A DNA stretch of 64,000 nucleotides, taken from NCBI GenBank assembly GCA_964016885.1, contig OZ024743.1, forward strand, positions 35,960,001-36,024,000. The letters are read 5' to 3'. The position numbers and the translations under genes were made by a program. Below, one piece after another: positions 12,589 to 27,876 of the stretch. The DNA comes from Eledone cirrhosa (Eukaryota). The notes beneath the pieces are model-generated. The model saw only the letters and a list, made by a program, of their open reading frames with translations, made no database searches and was not told the origin of the DNA. Position 1 is the first letter of the stretch, and the number at the start of each line of letters is the position of its first letter.

Positions 12589-13834
12589 TATTAAACCGGG
12601 TGACGGATTAAGTCTACCACCAATAAATTGATGCATTTTCAACATTGTGATAAGCTACTTATGTTAAACGGAATCAAAGCTATCTGGTATTGTATACGGG
12701 CACATGCAAGGTTCTTTATACGTATTTTTCCATCAAATTGTTTACAAGAAGCTAGTCAGTTGCTCGGCGGGATTGAGTATACACTCTTGTTCCTGAATAT
12801 TGTTTTCGTTGCTGCAAATATATTCTAGTATCTTATTGGATAATATTTTGAGAACTATGTATAAATTGAAATGAAATAAGAATGAAGTTTCAGCTCATAC
12901 CTATGTAGACTTAGCTGATTTCCTACGAGGTTACATTCCATAGGAAGTTTCTCGAGTATTTTTTATAGTAGGGGCCTCAGTCGTATCATGAAGAGCAATG
13001 CAAAATGATGCATCCTGTTTAAGAACCCAGTGCGCCACTTAGTCCAATACCCTAACAACTAGGTCATGCACCATCACATAGTTTATAAATTACCGGTAAA
13101 CAATTAGTAATAGGGTTCCTATTGTGGTAGTCACTTGATATTTTAGGGAGCTATCTATACTTTTAGTATGGATTGTCCCAGAAGACGTTGGAAACGACGT
13201 TGTCTGATGGTGTAACATATCGAATGAAAATCACCAACCTTTTGTAATATTGCCAAGGCGATGCCCCATTATCGCCGCAATCTAAAGATTGAAATGCAGC
13301 TAACCGCTCAGACCAATGAAAGTTTAACTGATTTTTCAAGTGTTTTGGTGTTAGGGCTCTCAGTACTACCGTGGAAAGCAATGTGCAATAAAGAGTCTTG
13401 CTCAAGAACACAACGTGCCGTCCAGTTCCGAAATAGAATCCATAACCTTATGATCGTAAGTCAAATGCCTTGACCACCAGACCAGTAAAAAAAATAAATA
13501 AATAAAGGAAATAAATCAAGTGAGCCTGAAATTAGATATGAAATTAGATGAAATTAGATATGTTTGGGGTGCTGTAATACAAAAGGTTATAAATTATTTG
13601 AAATATTCTTCTTAGTTACAGAAATTAAACAAACACCTAGCAGTAATTGTTAGCAACTCTCAGAAAACAAAACAAAGGAAATTTCTCTCTACTTCGAGAG
13701 TCACTATCAATTACCGTTATCGATTGACTGCAGTCTAATGTCAGAAATCAGTAAAAACCTAGTTCCAACGAAATATATTTGGAAATGCAATAGCGTAGAA
13801 AAGATGTTCTACATACGATTCACCTCCGAGTAAT

Positions 13835-15137
13835 GATGAAAGGCAAAGCTAAGCCTTGCGGGGTTTGAACTCAGAACGCAAATGGGCGTACCTCTATGTC
13901 ACACAAGTATGGTGTCCGACGCTCTACCGATACTGCCAATCCACAGCATTGAGTGATATCTATAATACTACTAATAATGATTTCTAGTATAGGCACAAGA
14001 CCAGTAATTTAGGGGGAGGGGAAAGTCGATTAAATCGACCCCAGTACGTTACTGGTACTTTATTTTATCGACCCCGTAAGGATGAAAGGCAAAGTTAACC
14101 TCAGTGGGATGGCGTCCGACCCTCTACCGATACTGCCAAACCACCGCCCTTATAATACTACTAATAATTGTTTCTACTTTTGGCACAATGCCAGCAATTA
14201 CCCATACATTACTGGTACTTTATTTATAATACTACTAATAATTGTTTCTACTTTAGGCACAATTACCCAGTGCATTACTGGTACTTTATTTTATCGACCC
14301 CGTAAGGATGAAAGGCAAAGTCAACTCGGCGGGATTTGAACTCAGATCGTAAAGGGACGTAACTATGCTGCAAAGCATGGCGTCCGACCCTCTACCGATA
14401 CTGCCAATCCACCGCCCTTAATAATACTACTAATAATGATTTCTAAAATAGGTACAAAGCTGCGAAATATGAGTAAAAGTTAATGCTAATTGTAAACAGA
14501 GGTTTAATGGTTTTTCATTTATTTTCAAGGCCAGCAATTTCTGCTTGGGGTGAGGATGGAAAATGGATTAAATCGACCCTAAGTACTTGATTTGTACATT
14601 ATCTTATTGACCCCGGAAGAATGAAAGGCAAATTTGACCTCGGCGAGATTTGAACTCAAAACATAGGGAATCGAGACAAATAATTGTTTCTACTTTTGGC
14701 ACAAGGCCAGCAATTATCCCCGTAAGAATGAAAGGCAAAGTGAACCTCAGCGGGATTTGAACTCAGATTATAAAGGGGCGTAACTCTATGCTGCAAAGAC
14801 TGACGTCCGACCTTCTACCGATACTGCCAATAACAAATAATTGTTTCTACTTTAGGCACAAGGCCAGCAATTACCAGTGCATTACTGGTACTTTTATTTT
14901 ATCGACCCCGTAAGGATGAAAGGCAAAGTCAACCTCGGCGATAACAAATAATTGTTTCTACTTTTGGCACAAGGCCAGCAATTACCCAGTGCATTACTGG
15001 TACTTTATTTTATCGACCCCGTAAGGATGAAAGGCAAAGTTAACCTCGGCGGGATTTGAACTCAGAATGGCAAGGACCGTAACTCTATGCGTCAAAGCAT
15101 GGCGTCCGACCCTCTACCGATACTGCCAATCCACCGC
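13835..15137 (-). mobile_element. Head-to-tail cluster of about 8-9 complete and partial major-family SINEs
   Basis: Repeated aataattgtttctacttttggcacaaggccagc / aggatgaaaggcaaagt / ctctaccgatactgccaat blocks, all in the same orientation. Confidence 0.88.
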
Positions 15138-15474
15138 AAATAATGCAAAACAATTTGTCCAACTCTTTAGATAGAGAAAGGTGAGAAAAGGAACGAGAGA
15201 AAGAAAGATAAAGAAAAAGAGGAAATGAGAAAGAGGAAGGATCTACATTTTTATCGCCACGAAAGGATAAGAGGTAAAGCCAATCTGGGCCTGATTTTAA
15301 CTCAGAGCGCAGAGAGCCAGAACAAATACCGTAAAGTATTCTATTAGAGTCGCTGCTATAAGTATCAATTCTGAGTTCAAATCACGCTGAGGTCAACTTT
15401 GCCGTTTATCCTTTCGTGAGTGGACGATAATAAAAGTAGATTCTTTCTCTATATCTCTTTCCTTCTCCCCCTCC

Positions 15475-15541
<67 letters not shown>

Positions 15542-15834
15542 CTTTCCCTGGATGTCACCGTAACGCCCTTACAACTCTACTAGGAGTTATGGATCCAATA
15601 AATCAGAATATCAACTTTAGGGAGATGGAAAGCAAAGTCAACTTCGGATGTGGGAAACAACAATAGCAACATCAACAACAACAATAATAATAGTTCTTCC
15701 ATTTCTCTTTTATTACTGATTACTTTTAATAATAATAACAACGATAAAAAAAAATGATCACGATGATGATAATGATGGTGATGATGATGATATTGATGAT
15801 AATGATGATGAGGATGAAAAGGATTTCAACTTAC

Positions 15835-16072
15835 CGAATTTGAGTGTGGACAATAAAGCAGTAGGATTAGCAAGCAACATTGGCCATTGAAGTTGTATGG
15901 TCACAAGCACTGATGTCCAAACACAGTTCTTGGTTTGTCATTACAAGAATTGCGTTTGGACAATCATCGCCTGAAAACTGATTATTGTGCCAATCGTTCT
16001 TAGTCTTAGATTTATTGCCGATTTGTGGAGTCCTTGGATACAGCAGCTGTCTAAAGTGGTTTCATAAGTTTC
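15835..16072 (-). other. Exon-like unique island (possibly 5' UTR or start-codon exon of an unidentified gene)
   Basis: Minus strand: acceptor ttttaccacag|G and consensus donor TCG|gtaagt bound 238 nt of non-repetitive sequence. All three frames contain stops; a short ATG-MLLANPTALLSTLKF reaches the donor. Confidence 0.3.
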
Positions 16073-16718
16073 CTGTGGTAAAATGTGACGAGTGTGCAGC
16101 GAATCCGAACCACATTATTCAATGTGTTCTTTTCTAACAGTGAATATTGTGACGTGAGGGAATTTGGTTGCTATTTCTAGCAGGTTGAGTGACTGCATAG
16201 AAACTCCCTCATTGGCTCGCTATTCGTAGTAATGCTGTTGGTGATGTAATGTGAAGAGATAACATTGGTGGTGTTAAGGGAGGCAATTATGTTAGTCTTC
16301 GTGATGGTTGCGGTAGTGATGCTGAGGTGTTGTTAGAGATGGTGATGCTTATGTTGATGTTGCTGTTGGTGCTGGTGATCTTACTGTTGGTCATAATGAA
16401 GACATACCTAATATTTACCGGCGAAATATTGCTGTTTTTGAAATATTGCTGTTTTTGTTTTAACATACACATCAGCTCTGATTGGGCAAACCATTGATCA
16501 ACGATGTTCCCCTCGGACTATCGCATCGTTCTCTTTCTAGGATTTGATCTGAAGAGTTATCTACTTCTACTAACAGATCAAGCAGCAACGTAGAATCCAA
16601 CTCACTGACTCACGAGACTAGCTATCATTGGCATCGGAATATTATTATCTTAATGTGCTACTGAAAGATATTTTATAGCATATTGAGGTTTAGAGTAATC
16701 CTTTACAAACCGGAGCCT

Positions 16719-16756
<38 letters not shown>

Positions 16757-16800
16757 TCTCTCTCTCTATATATAAAAGATACATATAGATACACAAGTAT

Positions 16801-16890
<90 letters not shown>

Positions 16891-17130
16891 GGAGAGAGAA
16901 TGTATTGTTGTAAATACATTTTGATTCCTCGTAGTAGCCATTGTCCACTTCCCCCGTCTTCTGAGATATCTTACCTGATTTTCTAATCTATTATTTGTAG
17001 TAACCAACTGTGTTTACAGATAATTCTCCCCCCCCCCCCCACCACACACTTTATCATTGAACAGTTCTCCAAGAAGCAAGGCTAGAATGATTGCGATGGC
17101 TTCTATGCTTTTAGAATTGTATCGATCCTC

Positions 17131-17162
<32 letters not shown>

Positions 17163-17165
<3 letters not shown>

Positions 17166-17339
17166 GGCGGTGGATTGGCAGTATCGGTAGTAGTTCGGAC
17201 GCCATGATTTGACGCATAGAGTTACGGCCCTTGCCATTCTGAGTTCAAATCCCGCCGAGGTTAACTTTGCCTTTTATCCTTAAAATAAAGTACCAGTAAT
17301 GTACTGGGTAATTTCTGGCCGTGTGCCAATAGTAGAAAC

Positions 17340-17344
<5 letters not shown>
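17163..17344 (+). mobile_element. Major-family SINE
   Basis: ggggcggtggattggcagtatcgg...gagttcaaatcccgccgagg...agaaacaatt; flanked by (TA)n. Confidence 0.85.
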
Positions 17345-17375
<31 letters not shown>

Positions 17376-17452
17376 GTTTCTCTTCATATTGTGTTCTTTA
17401 CTTTGTAACTTCCCTCCTTACTCTCAGAGTTCCTGTTCTCCCTCTATTCAAA

Positions 17453-17490
17453 CTTTCCAGATGAAGGACTTATGTCCAAAACGTCGAAAC
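17453..17490 (+). ncRNA. Degenerate minimal hammerhead motif (family D)
   Basis: tttc-CAGATGA-a-ggac ttat gtcc-AAAA-cg-TC-gaaa: stems I and II intact, two core substitutions relative to CTGATGA...GAAA. Confidence 0.55.
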
Positions 17491-17847
17491 CTCCACCACT
17501 TCCACCAAGCGCGAACCTAATTTAACTGTGTACAATTGCCTCCTGTGTTTTTTTCATTAATTATATATATATAAATGAAAGTTTGGTAAAGTCGAAGCTT
17601 CGGCTGTAGCCAAACCAACGAGATATAATGAAGGATGTGCAGCCAAGCACTCGATGAGGAATCTCAGAGTAATAACATTCGTTAGACGGTATGACAAATT
17701 GAAAAATGTGGCAGGCTGGCCCAGCCACAACACCGAAGCAACGAGAAAACCAACAGGTTATATATATATATATATATATATAACTATATTTGATATATAT
17801 TTATCCTTATCGAGCCCTCTTTGGATTTTAGTCTTCACATTTATTAT

Positions 17848-17889
<42 letters not shown>

Positions 17890-18106
17890 TCACAGCCACA
17901 CACACACACGCACACACATATATATATACATACATATATATTCACTTCACCCTATTTATTGTTTCCAAGTCTTGCATTTCCTGCGGTAGAATCCTTACAC
18001 ACGAGACTCCAAAACGTTCTGGAAATAAAAAAAAGAAGAATATTTAGACATTTATCGAAAGAAATATGGATTGTAATTAAACACACGTAAAATAATACAA
18101 AAGTAT

Positions 18107-18144
<38 letters not shown>

Positions 18145-18178
18145 AATACATCTCTTCCTCTTTCTCTGTCTTTCTCTC

Positions 18179-18292
<114 letters not shown>

Positions 18293-18704
18293 TATATGTA
18301 TATGTACATACATATATATGTATATGTACATACATACATGCATTCATATATCTATCTCTCTCTCTTTATATATATATATATATATATCTCGAAGGTATAT
18401 ATTGAGTTAGAAACTCAAAATAGTCTCTTACAATTAAATAGCTCAAGGAAATAGATTTTTCCTGACCGTGTAATATAATTGAATATAAAAAAGAAATAAA
18501 AATAGATATATAAATATATGTTCAAATCGTTAACGAATCTGGTCCCTTACGATTTGAACGCATATATGTATATATCTCTGTTTATCCCTCTTTTATAGTC
18601 AATTATATATATATATATATAAATTTTATATATATATATACCTATATCTATATAGATATGTGTCTATATATACCTATATCTATATAGATATGTGTCTATA
18701 TATG

Positions 18705-18781
<77 letters not shown>

Positions 18782-19572
18782 TATCACAATGAAATAGAAT
18801 ATGTATATAAGTTAGAGAGACAACCAATATAACAAAATGTGTTGTAATGGGCTGTGTGTGTGACATTGAGCAAAAGACATAAATCAATTTGTTTTTACTA
18901 TACAATATTTAACGTACTTTAAAGATATACCCACATGGATTAACTACCGTCATACGGATGGTTGTACATAAGAGTGATAATTTATTTTATTCAAACGTCC
19001 ATATAGAACTAGTAAGCCATGGCTGACTAGAGGAAGTATCAGTACTCCTTACAGTTAGTAATAAAAAAGAACTAGTGAGACAAATAATTTTAAAAAAACC
19101 TAAAAAGATGAAAGAAAAAAAATTCAAATATTGAAGTAATTCAAATAAGGAAGGCCAGTGGGGAGCTGTAAACCAGATGTTTCTCTTATTGAATCTTTCC
19201 GTAGCTTTGAAATATTTAAAGATTTTGTTTATATTTGGTAGACCTCAAATCATATATTGAACTTCCAATCGTGGTAGTTTTTTAAAGATTGGTTTCAATA
19301 TGGCCTCTCTCTCTCTCTTAGACTGATAGTTTCTATATTTGAACGAATAGTAACAAATGGAACACTTTTGTAATAAATTGTAAATCATATACTCTTTATA
19401 TATACTAATTTATATACAGGAAGTATGTTGAGATAGCGGCTAGCGGAGTTTGAACATTGAAATAGAAGACTTCGCCGTAGCTTTTTGACTAAATCGAAGT
19501 CTAATAATAACGGGACGTATAAACCCCTGAACGGAAAAAGATGGGTATCGACACACATGGAAGCTAAACCCA

Positions 19573-20252
<680 letters not shown>

Positions 20253-20305
20253 TATATATATATCTATACACATACATACACATTCATACACACACATATA
20301 TACCT

Positions 20306-20338
<33 letters not shown>

Positions 20339-20913
20339 CAGCAATGTCAAAAAAACAACTAAAAAAAAAAAGACAAATACAGTGAATTAAAAAAAAATGT
20401 TATTGGGTTAACGCAGGGCACTGGATTAACAGAATCTGTGGAGCGCCGGACATAATACTTGGTAGCATTTGTTTACGGTTCTTAACATTCTACGTTCTCG
20501 TTCTGACGAGGTCAACTTTTCCTTTCATCCTCCCGAGGTCGATAGAATAAAATATTAGTCAAGTACTTTCCCAAAAAATTACTAGTGAGTGCCTATATAT
20601 GTGTTTAGGTGCGTACCGGAATAGCTTTCGATTATAAGCATGCCTGATCTATCATGAGGCTTGACATGGGCTACAGAATTCCAGTAACCCGAGGAACACG
20701 TTTTTATTCTACAAATGTACTGAGTTCTCAGTTTGATTTCGCCGTAGTAGCACATAGTATACTATAATTACTCTTCTATCTGAGTAGATAGATAGTTGGA
20801 TAGATAGGCAGGCGTAGATAGACAGACAGACGTAGATTGATAGCTGCATGGACAGTTAGACAGTTACATTCATAGATAGATGAATATATAGATAGACAGA
20901 CAGATATTTAGAT

Positions 20914-20970
<57 letters not shown>

Positions 20971-21269
20971 AAAAATAAGATGAAAACATGTCTGCTTCTG
21001 TATTGTTCACTCCTACTGTCCATTCATACCATATTGTTTTGAAATGCTTCAAAATCTTAGATCAGCTCATATTACAGTATTTCTCTCCCTTGCTTGCTTC
21101 ATACGATTCAAACACTTCCAAATGGAGTTTCAGTTGTGAAATTGCAAGGATAATCTCAGGTCTCAACTGAATGAAATTTTTCTTTTTCAGAATGCGAGAT
21201 TACTTCCATGCACACACACATATATATATGTATAGAGATACATACACAAACACGCAGACACACACACGC

Positions 21270-21349
<80 letters not shown>

Positions 21350-21397
21350 GATATTAACTATATTTATATGGAAACTATATTTATAAAACCATATTTA

Positions 21398-21458
21398 TTT
21401 CATTATATATATTTCAAGGATACCAAGTTACATTATGGTATGCCTTCATCAGACAAAA
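21398..21458 (-). ncRNA. Minimal type I hammerhead ribozyme, family B
   Basis: tttgt-CTGATGA-aggcatacca..tggtatcctt-GAAA-tatata-TA-atgaa. Confidence 0.75.
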
Positions 21459-22151
21459 TACAATATATAACAGTTTTATAAATAGACATTGACGTACCCC
21501 TTTAAAAATTGACCGTTGCTTTTGGAGGCCATCAGGATAGTGATTTGTTTACTTTAGTAAGTCATAGTGTTAAGAGTAAGTAAAAAGATGGAGAGAGAGA
21601 GAGAGAAACGTGGAGAAAAGAAAGGGAGAGATAGATAAAGAAAAATATTATATATATATAATGAAGAAAAACCAAGGTTAACAACGAAGACCGTTAAAAC
21701 ATTGTCCGTTAAAGACCATTTCATACTCAGCCTTCGTTTTATGCTTGCACACGTTGAACATTTGATATGGCACCTATTCTTATGATTTGACTTTGATCAA
21801 AGTTATATGTATTACGATTTGTATAAATAATTGCTAATTAATTGTTTCCGATTAACTTATTGTTTGATTATGTATGTAACATTGTAACCTGCATAGAAAC
21901 GTACGTAGAAATTAAAGAATGGTTTAAGTTGTTAAACTTGGTATTTTCTTCATTTTAAATATCAATGTTCCGCTAACAATACTTTCGAAGAGTATTTCGT
22001 TGGTTTTGAACTTCTTGCGCGCTGAGGACCTTTCGTGTACAGGGACTTTTCGTGTACAAAGTCTTGTCACCCTTTGTCACATATTGTTTTAATTTTCATT
22101 ATTTTTTATTTTAATAATATAATATATAATATCATTAATTATAATATATAA

Positions 22152-22608
22152 TAATAATTGTTTCTATTTTTGGCACAAGACCGTAAAGGGATGTAACTAT
22201 GTTAGAAAGCATGCCATAGTTACGTCCATAATAATTGTTTCTACTTTTGGCACAAGGCCAGCAATTACCCAGTACATTACTGGTAATTTATTTTATCGAC
22301 CCCGTAAGGATGAAAGGCAAAGTTAACTTCGTCGGGATTTGAACTCAGACCGTAATAGGACGTAACTGTGCTAGAAAGCATGGCGTTCGACCCTCTACCG
22401 GTACTGCCAAATCGCCTTCCATAATAATTGTTTCTACGTTAGGCACAAGGCCAGCAATTACCCAGTGCATTACTGGTACTTTATTTTATCGACCCCGTAA
22501 GGATGAAAGGCAAAGTCAACCTCGGCGGGATTTGAACTCAGATCGTAAAGGGACGTAACTATGCTGGAAAGCACGGCGTCCGACCCTCCACCGATACTGC
22601 CAATCCAC
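22152..22608 (-). mobile_element. Tandem cluster of major-family SINEs (two full, one partial)
   Basis: Consensus blocks repeated head-to-tail. Confidence 0.85.
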
Positions 22609-22619
22609 ATAATAATGAC

Positions 22620-22859
22620 ATCATTTTCTATTTCAGATGGCTGACACGAGCTTTCTACAGTTTGGAAGAGAGGCTGCTTGCAAATGTATGGACACATGAT
22701 CGCGTACATTCTGGCAAGAGCATGGAGGATGTGCGACATGACTTCACTGCAAGATTCGGCAAACCAGCTCCCCCGAAGAGGACGATACTGCGATTGGAAG
22801 AAAAACTGTTTCTCATTACTTTTTGGTAGGGGGTGACAAGACTTTCGGACTACCCTGTA
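22620..22859 (+). mobile_element. Tc1/mariner deletion derivative: transposase N-terminal HTH relic fused to a TIR
   Basis: Frameshifted MADTS.YSLEERLLANVWTHDRVHSGKSMEDVRHDFTARFGKPAP.RTILRLEEKLF, resembling the DUF4817-type HTH; ends GACTTTCGGACTACCCTG+TA. Confidence 0.65.
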
Positions 22860-22943
22860 CATTCAATTTCTCTCACCTTACCGAAAGTAATAGTGGAACA
22901 TTCCATTATAATCACATAATAATGTATGCAAACATACCGCGCA

Positions 22944-23104
<161 letters not shown>

Positions 23105-23346
23105 GTCTGGTTATCATTTATTTTTTATCATTTATTTTGTTTTGACCTGTTTAGCTTGAGTTGGTTTTAGGCTTGGGTGGTTAATGCCTTCTTGACCACC
23201 TTTTCAGTTTTGTATGGCTTCTTAACACATTGTTTAGCTCTGGTTTTTCTTAACTATTGAGCACTTTGCCAGTATCATTTCTGATTTTTGCGTTTCGCTT
23301 CGCTTTTCCTGCCCGCCGAAAATGCGATTCTCGCTGAATCTTTATT

Positions 23347-23413
<67 letters not shown>

Positions 23414-23682
23414 AGAGAGAAGTGGCGAGATATTAATGGTAATGGAGGTTCGTCGTGGCGCTTGTAGAAGGGGGGGGGGAGTGGATAAAGTGGACGGATA
23501 GAACTGTAGAGAATGAGAGGGTTAGAGGGGTAAAGAGATAGGGAGAGGGAAAGAGAGAGGGAGAGGGAGAGAAAGGATGTTATGAAGTGAGTCACAAAGA
23601 CGATGAAGGGAATTAAAGAGAGGGAGAAAGGGTAAGTGGTTGTGGGGTTTCATAGATGAAAGACAATGAAAAGTATTAGAAA

Positions 23683-23714
<32 letters not shown>

Positions 23715-24004
23715 AGGGAGAGGGGGAGAGCGTGCGTGTTTGTGTACGAGTGACATTGTGCGTGTGGTAAAGTTAGAGAAGAAAGAAAAGATAGAAGGAT
23801 AGATGAAAAGAGAAGGAGGGGGGGGGGGTGAAGATCAAAGGTAAAAAAAAGTAATAGTGAAAAATTCATATAGGAAAAATGAGAAATAGTTAGATAGATA
23901 GATAGATACATAGGGAGATAGAGAGATAGAGAAGATAGAGGGAGAGATAGAGAGAGAGAGAGAGAGGGAGATATATATATATAGAGAGAGAGATAGAGAG
24001 ATAG

Positions 24005-24086
<82 letters not shown>

Positions 24087-24217
24087 TAACAGACAGAGGG
24101 GGAGAAAGGTAGAAAGAAACTAAATGACATAGGGAAAGTAAAGGAAAAAGGGTGAGAGAGAGGGAAGGGGGAGATAGAGACTGAGAGAAAAGGGGAGAGA
24201 ATAAGAGAGATAGAGAT

Positions 24218-24258
<41 letters not shown>

Positions 24259-24520
24259 GGGGGTGAGATCAAAAGGATGAATGAAAAATCAAAAGGGATA
24301 AAAGATAGCTAAAGAGAGAGAGAGTGAGAGAGAGAGAGAGAGAGTGAGAGATAGAGAGGGAGTGAGTGTGTTTATGGGGGGTGGGATTAAAAAGGAAAGA
24401 AGTGATTGTGAGTGAGAAAAGGATAGCGATATATCCATCTTTCTATACACATTTAAAACATGTTAGCCATGGTAGAATATATGATACACACACACACACC
24501 TATATATGTATACACACATA

Positions 24521-24572
<52 letters not shown>

Positions 24573-24606
24573 TATATGTATACACACATACTCACACACA
24601 CACATA

Positions 24607-24651
<45 letters not shown>

Positions 24652-24792
24652 ACCTATATATATATAAAGATAGACAGAAAGAGACAGGAGAAAGAAAAAG
24701 AGAACGTAAGAGAAAATATGGACGCAATGTACTTGTGAAAAATGAGTTATAACGACTGAACAAAAGTCAGAAACACAAATCATTGTGTGTGA

Positions 24793-25152
<360 letters not shown>

Positions 25153-26623
25153 AGAAAGAGTCAGAGAGTGAAACAGAGTTAGAGAAAGAAAGGAAGCTAA
25201 CTAAATGGATAAATAGAGAGAATAGAGAGATTGAGATAGATAGATGTTGAGGGAAAAGGAGATAAATAGATATAGAGAAAGAGTGAGCGAGTGAGATGGA
25301 GGGAGTGAGGGTGAGGGAAAAGGAGATAGATAGCTAGATAAAGAAAAAAATTGAGAGCGAGTGTGTGTGTATGTGAGAGAGAGAGAGAGATAGTGAGAGA
25401 GAGACAGATAGTGAGAGAGAGAGAGGGGGAGAGAGAGAGAGAGAGTTCCATGTCTAGAGAAAAATCGTTACAAATTATATTCGGTTTGAGCGAATGTTAG
25501 ACTATCTTGCAATCACATTGAGTTTGTTTTCCGATCTGGTTATATGAAAGTATGTGTGTATATATGTGTGTGAATGCGTATTTATTTGAGTGTCTGTGTA
25601 TCTGTGTGACTGTGTTTCTGTGTGCAGATGTGTTAATACGTTCTTTTCTCTGAGTATCTGAATGTGAATCAGCAGCCCCATTGGCATAATGGTTTTATAT
25701 GTTTCCTTGTAGCAAGGAGTCATTGAATCTTGAGGAAAAGCCTCCAACAAATCAATCGTGGATCACATTTTGAATTCCCTTTGTTAGGAGCCAATTTCTT
25801 CCTTTATGATACCTACACAACTAATGGACGAAGAAAAACATGGACGCCATAACATGACCTTCTCTTCCTTATAAGGCTCGTGCGGCTTATTTAGCCAAAA
25901 TTGAACCTGATGTGCATGAGCACCTTCTCTAGTTAAATAATATGATAGGACTGAGGGACCTATCGTTAAAACATCCAAGAAACCTCATATTAGATGCAAT
26001 CTTGTAGGAGGCTAGCTAAACCATACCAGTTTGACTTATTACCAAGTGGTTTCGTAACCATAAAAACGACCAGCACTTTTATATGTGATCAAAAGAGAAG
26101 TGAAATTTGAAATAAAGAAGCTGGTGAATCGGCGTTTTACGAATACGAGATGTTTAAACCGTCTATGTCGATAAAACACAGGGGATGAAGCTGTAATATA
26201 GTTGACAGGTAGTTTTCTGGGTTTCAAATGTTGCTAAAGTGTCAATGTAGACATCACTTTGGTATCTCTGCTGTTAGTGTGAAGTTAAGTCAAGGCACTC
26301 TGATATATATATGATATACCTGCAGATGTTCTTTTGGTATGCCGGTTGGCCCTGCACATGCACAAAGTTTGATGGAGCTAAGGTGGATCTTGCGGCATAG
26401 CCAGAGCTTGAAGTTGGTGAAGAAGGTGTTTCTACAGAGAGAGTTAAACGTTAAATCAGTTTTTCTGCAGCTGAATATCGCTTGTCGCTGTTGTATGTGC
26501 AACCTCTCGTGGAGGCCAAGTTGGCAGTAGTGGCCACTGGGACGATAACAGGATGCCCCATCAAGGGTACTCCATTTGATGTACACACGTATACACGTAC
26601 ACAGGTATATATTCCATTTGATA

Positions 26624-26677
<54 letters not shown>

Positions 26678-27166
26678 TAACTATTACACTAACTTTGCTA
26701 CCATTTCAGGTACAGGTGTTTCATTGGGTGCTTCTTTCAGGTATTTCGGAAACAAGACGTCATTTGTTTACTTATTTTTGATGTAACTAAAAATTGGTCA
26801 AACATACAGAAAAAAAGCAGCATTGGAAAGGACTATAAATGCCATAAATGAGAGGAAAAGGAGAGGAGGATCAAGGACTATTAGACAAAAGAAGAAAGAA
26901 AGGTGGGGTGGCGTTGACAGAATCTATATCTAGGCGAAAGCGGTGTTTCGGCTCCGTCCCGCAGACCAAAGGGCAAAGGCATTTCCGCGGACGATGGCCA
27001 GCGACACCCATTGCAACAACTATCCCAAGTAATTCATCAACCTTTAGGTTAGAACGTTTTCTAAAAGTTAGTGTAATAATTATCTATATGCCACAACTCG
27101 TCTCACCAATTGAGTGGCCTACCAATTTAAAAAAATATCTTTTACCAAATTACCAAATTATACTAC

Positions 27167-27238
<72 letters not shown>

Positions 27239-27469
27239 GGTAAAATGACAGGAGGACGGTCACGTTGTAATTCTTTAGATTTTATTACTGCAAACACAGT
27301 TCCCATTTCAGTGGCCAGGTTACGTATGGATCCAGTGACATCATCTGGTGTATTATTGCATAAGAGTTAGGAAGAAACAGAGAAAGAATATATATATATA
27401 TATATATACAAGAAGACGAAGCAAGTCGAATAAAACGGATACAGCTTCGGCCGTCTCCCTACTCACTCA

Positions 27470-27876
27470 ATGGAGACCTGGCGGTATCCGTAGAGGGCCG
27501 GACACCATGCTTGGACGCATAGAGTTACGGCCCTTGCCATTCTGATTTCAAATCCCGCCGAGGTTAACTTTGTCTTTCATCCTTACGAAGTCGATAAAAT
27601 AAAGTACCAGTAATGTACTGAGAAATTGCTGGCCTTGTGCCAAAAGTAGAAACAATTATTAATAACATTTTTTTTTATAGGCACAGGCCAGCAATTTTTG
27701 GGGAAGGGAAAGTCGATTAAATCGACTCCAATGCGGGACTGGTACTTTATTTTATCGACTCCGTAAGGATGAAAAGCAAAGTTAACATCGGCGGGATTTG
27801 AACACAGAACGGGAAGGCCCGTAACTCTATGCCGCGAAGCATGGTGTCCGACGCTCTACCGATACTGCCAATCCAC
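27470..27876. mobile_element. Two major-family SINEs in tail-to-tail inverted orientation (+27470-27660, -27676-27876)
   Basis: The second copy is the reverse complement of the first; spacer about 15-20 nt. Confidence 0.85.

Noticed and set aside
26318-26431. Possible minus-strand exon (ctctctgtag...cag|gtatat; TPSSPTSSSGYAARSTL...)
   Set aside because: Weak donor, no recognisable homology and no partner exons.
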